From Phycisphaeraceae bacterium (GTDB taxonomy: Bacteria; Planctomycetota; Phycisphaerae; Phycisphaerales; Phycisphaeraceae), in assembly GCA_963674705.1 (NCBI GenBank), contig OY771506.1, forward strand, positions 4,096,001-4,160,000: a DNA stretch of 64,000 nucleotides. Reading direction: 5' to 3'. Positions 59,321 through 64,000 of this stretch are shown in pieces (positions within the stretch are counted from its first letter, which is position 1; every line of letters begins with the position of its first letter). Both the position numbers and the translations under genes were made by a program. Under the pieces are notes generated by a model that was given only the letters and a program-made list of their open reading frames with translations, ran no database searches and had not been told where the DNA came from.

Positions 59321-60577
59321 TCACGTCGTGTAATCCGCGTTAATGGCGATGTATTCTCGGCTTAGGTCACAGCCCAGCCAGGTGACGGCGGCGGTACCTC
59401 GGCTGAGGGTGAGTGTGAAGTGAACTTCTTTCTGTTTCATTGCCGTGTCGAGGCGCTTGGATTGGGCCGGGGTGAGGACGCGGGGGACGCCTTGATCGAA
59501 GACGGTAACGGCTTGTTTGCCGGGTTTTCCGATGGTCAATGAGAGTTTGTTGGGGGTGATGGGGACGCCGCAGTAGCCGGCGGCGGTGACGATACGGCCC
59601 CAGTTCGGGTCGCAGCCGTGCACGGCGGTCTTGACCAGCGGGGAATTAACTACCGCCTTGGCGACGCGGTCGGCCTCGGTTTCGCTGCGTGCTTCCTGAA
59701 CGTGAACATGGAAGATGCGTGTCGCACCTTCGCCATCCTTAACGATCTGGAAAGCAAGGTCTTTACAGAGTTTTGTAAGTTGCTCGGTGAAGGCGTCGTA
59801 GGCCTTGCCGGCGGGTTTATTGATCGGGCTGTTTTCAGCGAGGCCGGAGGCGAGGATGGCGACGGTGTCGCTGGGGCTGGTGTGCTGGTCGACGCTGATG
59901 CGGTTGAAGCTCGACACGGCGGCGGTGCGCAATGCTTGGGCAAGTGCGGCGGAACCGATCGCGGCGTCGGTGGTGATGAATACGAGCATGGTCGCGAGGT
60001 TGGGGGCGATCATGCCGGAGCCTTTGGCGATCCCGCCGATGCGGACGGTTTTGTCATCGAGATTGAAAGAGGTGCTTGCAGTCTTGGGGACAAGGTCGGT
60101 GGTCATGATGCCGCGTGCGGCGTCGGCATCCGCTTGTTTGCCGGAGGAGAGGCCTGCGACGAGTTGCTCGACACCTTTGGCGATCTTGTCCATCGGCAGT
60201 TGCGGGCCGATGACGCCGGTGGAGCTTGGGATGACGTCGCGATAGGACAGATCGATACCGATACCTGCAAGCTGCTGTGAAACAAGTTTACAGGTGGTGG
60301 TTGCGTTATCGATGCCTTCCTGGCCGGTCGCGTCATTGGCGACGCCGGCGTTGACGACGAAGGCCTGCGCGGTGCCGTTTCGCAGGTGTTTTTTGCCGAC
60401 CATGATGGGCGCGCCGGGCAAGCGGTTTTTCGTGAAAACCGCGGCGGCGGTGCATGGTTTTTCAGCGACGATCAAGGCCATATCCGGCTTGCCTGACGGC
60501 TTGATGCCACAGGTGGTGCCGGCGGCACGGAAGCCTTTGGGGAAGGTGACGGAGCGTGGTAGGGAGGGTGTTGGCAT
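59321..60577 (-). CDS. argJ: Ornithine acetyltransferase
   Basis: STGVIG, IMTTD, KGSGMIAPNLATML, KDGEGAT, DPNWGR, INADYTT. Confidence 0.95.
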   Translation of the reverse strand: MPTPSLPRSVTFPKGFRAAGTTCGIKPSGKPDMALIVAEKPCTAAAVFTKNRLPGAPIMVGKKHLRNGTAQAFVVNAGVANDATGQEGIDNATTTCKLVSQQLAGIGIDLSYRDVIPSSTGVIGPQLPMDKIAKGVEQLVAGLSSGKQADADAARGIMTTDLVPKTASTSFNLDDKTVRIGGIAKGSGMIAPNLATMLVFITTDAAIGSAALAQALRTAAVSSFNRISVDQHTSPSDTVAILASGLAENSPINKPAGKAYDAFTEQLTKLCKDLAFQIVKDGEGATRIFHVHVQEARSETEADRVAKAVVNSPLVKTAVHGCDPNWGRIVTAAGYCGVPITPNKLSLTIGKPGKQAVTVFDQGVPRVLTPAQSKRLDTAMKQKEVHFTLTLSRGTAAVTWLGCDLSREYIAINADYTT

Positions 60578-60903
60578 GGTGGGATTTGTAGCGGAAAGGG
60601 TGGCTGGTGGCTAGTGGTTGGTGGGGGGATTGGGGATTGGGGATTGGAGAAGAGGGAGTGTTGAGGTTTGAGCGCTGAGGGATGCGGAAACTCATACCTC
60701 ATACTTCAGCGTTTGTTCTTCCCAAATCCCTAATCCCCAACCCCCAATCCCCACCTCACCATCATCAGACCGGTTTGGCCGATGGATCGGGGAGCGTTAT
60801 ACTATTGGCCCGCTCGGGGTTCGTCCTCGGGCCGCGCCGGCCGCGCGGGTCGGCAATCCATAGTTCCCCAAACCAACACGAACCGTTTAGAAAGAGGCGA
60901 TCC

Positions 60904-61938
60904 ATGCCGGTACCTGATTACAAGACCTACTGCAAGATGCTGGACAATGCTTACGAAAAGAAGTTCGCATTTCCTGCTATTAACGTGACCAGCGAAGTCA
61001 CCGCGAACGCGGCGCTGAAGGCTTTTGCCGAGTGCAAGTCCGACGGCATGATCCAGGTGTCGACCGGCGGCGGCGCGTTTGCGTCCGGCCAGGGCCTCAA
61101 GGACATGGTCCTCGGTTCGATCAGCATCGCCGAGCACATCCACCGTGCCGCTGAGAAGTACAACGTGTATGTCGCACTGCACACCGACCACTGCCAGCCG
61201 GACAAGGTCGACAGCTACCTGATCCCGCTGATCGAAGAATCCGAAAAGCGCGTCAAGGAAGGCAAACTGCCGCTGTTCTCCAGCCACATGATGGACGGCT
61301 CGGCCTCCCCGCTGAAGGACAACATGGACGTGGCGGTCCCGCTGCTCGAGCGGATGAGCAAGATCGGCCAGATCCTTGAAGTCGAAGCCGGCGTCGTCGG
61401 TGGTGAAGAAGATGGTGCCGCGGGCAGCGAAGACACCCCGGACGAGAAGCTGTACACCACGCCCGCTGACATGGTGGAAGTGTATCGTCGGCTCAGTGCG
61501 GTTAAGGACGGCAAGTACATGTTTGCCGCGACCTTCGGCAACGTCCACGGCGCGTACAAGCCCGGCGTTGTGAAGCTGAAGCCTGAAATCCTCAAGCAAG
61601 GCCAGGACGCGATCAAGAAGGAATTCGGCCCCGATGCCAAGTTCTGGCTCGTCTTCCACGGCGGCTCGGGCTCGGAAAAGAGCAAGATCGAAGAAACCCT
61701 CGGCTACGGCGTGGTCAAGATGAACGTCGACACCGATACGCAGTACGCCTTCACCCGTGGTGTCATCGACTACATGATGAAGAACTACGACGGCTGCCTG
61801 AAGATCGACGGCGAAGTCGGCAATAAGAAGGTCTACGACCCGCGTGCGTGGATGAAAGTCGGCGAACAGGCTATGTGCGAGCGCGTCAAGGAAGCCTGCG
61901 AAGACCTGCACAGCGTCGGCAAGAGCCTGCTGGCCTGA
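60904..61938 (+). CDS. fbaA: Class II fructose-bisphosphate aldolase
   Basis: PAINV, LHTDHC, GGEEDG, GNVHG, FHGGSG, KMNVDTD, YDPR. Confidence 0.94.
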   Translation: MPVPDYKTYCKMLDNAYEKKFAFPAINVTSEVTANAALKAFAECKSDGMIQVSTGGGAFASGQGLKDMVLGSISIAEHIHRAAEKYNVYVALHTDHCQPDKVDSYLIPLIEESEKRVKEGKLPLFSSHMMDGSASPLKDNMDVAVPLLERMSKIGQILEVEAGVVGGEEDGAAGSEDTPDEKLYTTPADMVEVYRRLSAVKDGKYMFAATFGNVHGAYKPGVVKLKPEILKQGQDAIKKEFGPDAKFWLVFHGGSGSEKSKIEETLGYGVVKMNVDTDTQYAFTRGVIDYMMKNYDGCLKIDGEVGNKKVYDPRAWMKVGEQAMCERVKEACEDLHSVGKSLLA

Positions 61939-61967
61939 GTCAGTTAACCGAAAATCAAAGACTTACG

Positions 61968-61996
61968 AGCCCCGGACCCTGTGTCCGGGGTTTTTC
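61968..61996 (+). terminator. Intrinsic terminator
   Basis: cccggac-cctgt-gtccggg followed by ttttt. Confidence 0.7.
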
Positions 61997-62114
61997 ATTG
62001 GGGGGTGGTTGGAATGTCGATTATAAAATGCAGGCTGAACCCCACGCTTCCGCGTGGGGCTATTGCTTAGCCTGATATTTGTAACGATTATGTGATGGCA
62101 AAGGAGTGCGTGTT

Positions 62115-62528
62115 ATGTATCAGGCCATTCAAGCTGCGATCGTCGTGGTGATTCTTCTGCTGCTGGCGGGTTGTGGCGGTGATCGTGAACACCCGATCGC
62201 GAAGAGCGAATCCGACCAGCTTATGGAATCGTATCTGGCAAACGTCGAAAAGATCGGGACCGTGTTGTCGCGCGTAAATAGCGAATCCGAAGCAGAATCG
62301 GTGAATGCAGAGGTGCTTCTGATCGTGGAAGACATGCGCAAGCTTGTGCCGAAGATGCAGGCGATCGACGAAAAGCAGCAGGCTGACACGATGAGTAAAT
62401 ACCGCGTGAAGATCAACAAGGTCAACGAGCAATTCACGAAGGACGTGACGCAGTTTGTGGAGGTGCCGGGGGCGAGCGAGGAGTTGATCGAGCAGTTGAA
62501 GAGTTTGCCGAAGTTCGAGCAGGAGTAA
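62115..62528 (+). CDS. Hypothetical lipoprotein
   Basis: AAGGAG RBS, lipobox LLAGC. Confidence 0.75.
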   Translation: MYQAIQAAIVVVILLLLAGCGGDREHPIAKSESDQLMESYLANVEKIGTVLSRVNSESEAESVNAEVLLIVEDMRKLVPKMQAIDEKQQADTMSKYRVKINKVNEQFTKDVTQFVEVPGASEELIEQLKSLPKFEQE

Positions 62529-62554
62529 GTAGAATAGGAGAGCAGCAGAGGGGG

Positions 62555-62998
62555 TTAGAAGCCGGCTTGTTTGGCGGCGCTTTCGAGGGCGTCCACAAAG
62601 CTTTCTGTCATGGGCATCGCATCGGGATGTTCATGGACTTGCTGGCGAGTGAGCCAAAGTACATCGGCGACTTCGTATGGATCGGGCACGAGTGGTGCGT
62701 CGACTTGCTCGGCCATGAAACCCCAGAGGATCAGCGGGCGGTCGTCGAAGGTGTGGTCCCAGACGGGGCCGGTGAGTGAGACATCGATACCGAGTTCTTC
62801 CTTCATTTCGCGAGCGGCGGCGAGGGTTTTATCTTCACCGGGCTCGACAGCCCCGCCGGGGAAACAGACCTGACCGGGCGCGGCGACCTTTTCGCTGCGA
62901 CGGATGAGCAGCCATTCGGTTTGGCCGTCCTGAGTTGTACGCGGGCATCCGACGATGACGCCGTGTACCAAACCATCGGACTGCCTGGGCCTGTTCAT
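62555..62998 (-). CDS. NUDIX hydrolase
   Basis: PGGAVEPGE....AAAREMKEELG Nudix box. Confidence 0.88.
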   Translation of the reverse strand: MNRPRQSDGLVHGVIVGCPRTTQDGQTEWLLIRRSEKVAAPGQVCFPGGAVEPGEDKTLAAAREMKEELGIDVSLTGPVWDHTFDDRPLILWGFMAEQVDAPLVPDPYEVADVLWLTRQQVHEHPDAMPMTESFVDALESAAKQAGF

Positions 62999-63086
62999 AG
63001 GAGGATTGTAGCGGATGGATTGGGTGTTTGGGTGGGGTGAGAGGGCCGCAGGCTGCCACATCGACGAGGTGGATGAGATCTAATAC

Positions 63087-64000
63087 CTACTTTTTCGAAA
63101 CGCAAAGCGCTTCGGCTACAGCGAGCGTGTTTTGCATGCCGGTTTGCCCCTGATCATTTAACCAGTTTCGCTCGAGTCGGCGGTAGAGTATGGCTTGCTG
63201 GTGGCGCAGCTCCTCGACAAGGTCTCGCAAACCCATGCAACGCTCTTCGTAGCCGCTGTTGATATTACCTGCGAGTTCACCGGCCTCTTTCAGATCATTC
63301 GACCAGGCATTCGCTTGATGGCCGATGCAGCGGAGCAGTTCTGTTTCGAGGACTTGTCTATCGCGTAATTCCCCCAACAAGTCCTGCAACCGCCTGACTT
63401 CGCTGACCGCATCGGTTGCCCGTTCATCGGATTTGCGCATGGGTTCAAGGATATACCGGAGTTGTTTCGCGGCCAGGCGGGCGCGGTGGGCGGCGTCATG
63501 CGCTTCGAGGTTGTCAATCCTGGCCAGGCAGTCGGCTAGCATGGCCGATACCTGCTGGATCTTCTTCCCCGCCAGCCTGTCAAAAGCAATTTGTGCCTGC
63601 TTGGCTTTATTGTCTTTGCTTTGGGGTCGGCGTCCAGCCAACTGTGTACTGAGTTTTTTTGTGGTCTTACGCAGTTGCTTAGTGAGATACCTGGTGTTCA
63701 GCGAGGATGGGCCGTTAGAGCTTGTAGCAAGATGTTTGGTCATCCAACGGGCGGCGTCACGTGAACGTGGCTTGAGACGTCGGCAGGTCAAGGCCCGATC
63801 GAGCCAGATGAGTTGAACTTGCAGATCGCGGCTTGTATTGGTGATATCGATGAGTTTACCGAGCCGGACGATCGGTTTTTTCAGTTGCTTGCCGCCCAAT
63901 GACTTGCGATATGTTTTCAGGAAAGCTCGAAGTCTTCGAACACGTATCCGAAAACGGTGCAACGACTCATCATCATCGTGTGTTTTAATTTGCACGGCCG
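63087..64000 (-). CDS. CHAD-domain protein (5' end outside window)
   Basis: LHRFRIRVRRLR, HRARLAAKQLRY, LQDLLGELRD. Confidence 0.85.
   Translation of the reverse strand, partial: AVQIKTHDDDESLHRFRIRVRRLRAFLKTYRKSLGGKQLKKPIVRLGKLIDITNTSRDLQVQLIWLDRALTCRRLKPRSRDAARWMTKHLATSSNGPSSLNTRYLTKQLRKTTKKLSTQLAGRRPQSKDNKAKQAQIAFDRLAGKKIQQVSAMLADCLARIDNLEAHDAAHRARLAAKQLRYILEPMRKSDERATDAVSEVRRLQDLLGELRDRQVLETELLRCIGHQANAWSNDLKEAGELAGNINSGYEERCMGLRDLVEELRHQQAILYRRLERNWLNDQGQTGMQNTLAVAEALCVSKK

Overview
64-kb window from a high-GC bacterium that looks like a planctomycete of the Phycisphaerae type (inferred from nine PEP-CTERM-type proteins, dockerin-like 'NWN' domains, a DUF1580-type HTH and the integrase style). 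The backbone is housekeeping genes (atpC, PBP2-rodA, uup, cinA, folD, hisI, Xaa-Pro peptidase, accBC, dapF, larC, sppA, an icd-family dehydrogenase, an RNase HI-family gene, argJ, fbaA) plus three tRNA genes. A ~12.1-kb AT-richer element is integrated in tRNA-Arg(TCT), bounded by a 45-bp direct repeat at 7211-7255 and 19343-19387. It resembles a phage satellite/PICI: tyrosine integrase, arm-type sites (with an extra internal inverted set), an xis/DUF1580/rep operon with iterons inside rep, two switch-like structured RNAs reminiscent of P4 CI/P1 C4 control, and candidate defence cargo. Outside the element the best candidates for new biology are (1) a PEP-CTERM protein combining a tandem NPxY motif with a GPS/GAIN-like HL|TTFAL autoproteolysis motif, and (2) two loci where unrelated gene bodies share a homologous constant 3' tail (a PEP-CTERM+terminator duplication and a Zn-ribbon membrane-protein array). 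The window also has many heptamer/REP-like palindromes and several apparently leaderless genes. All functional calls come from motif recognition only; no searches were run.
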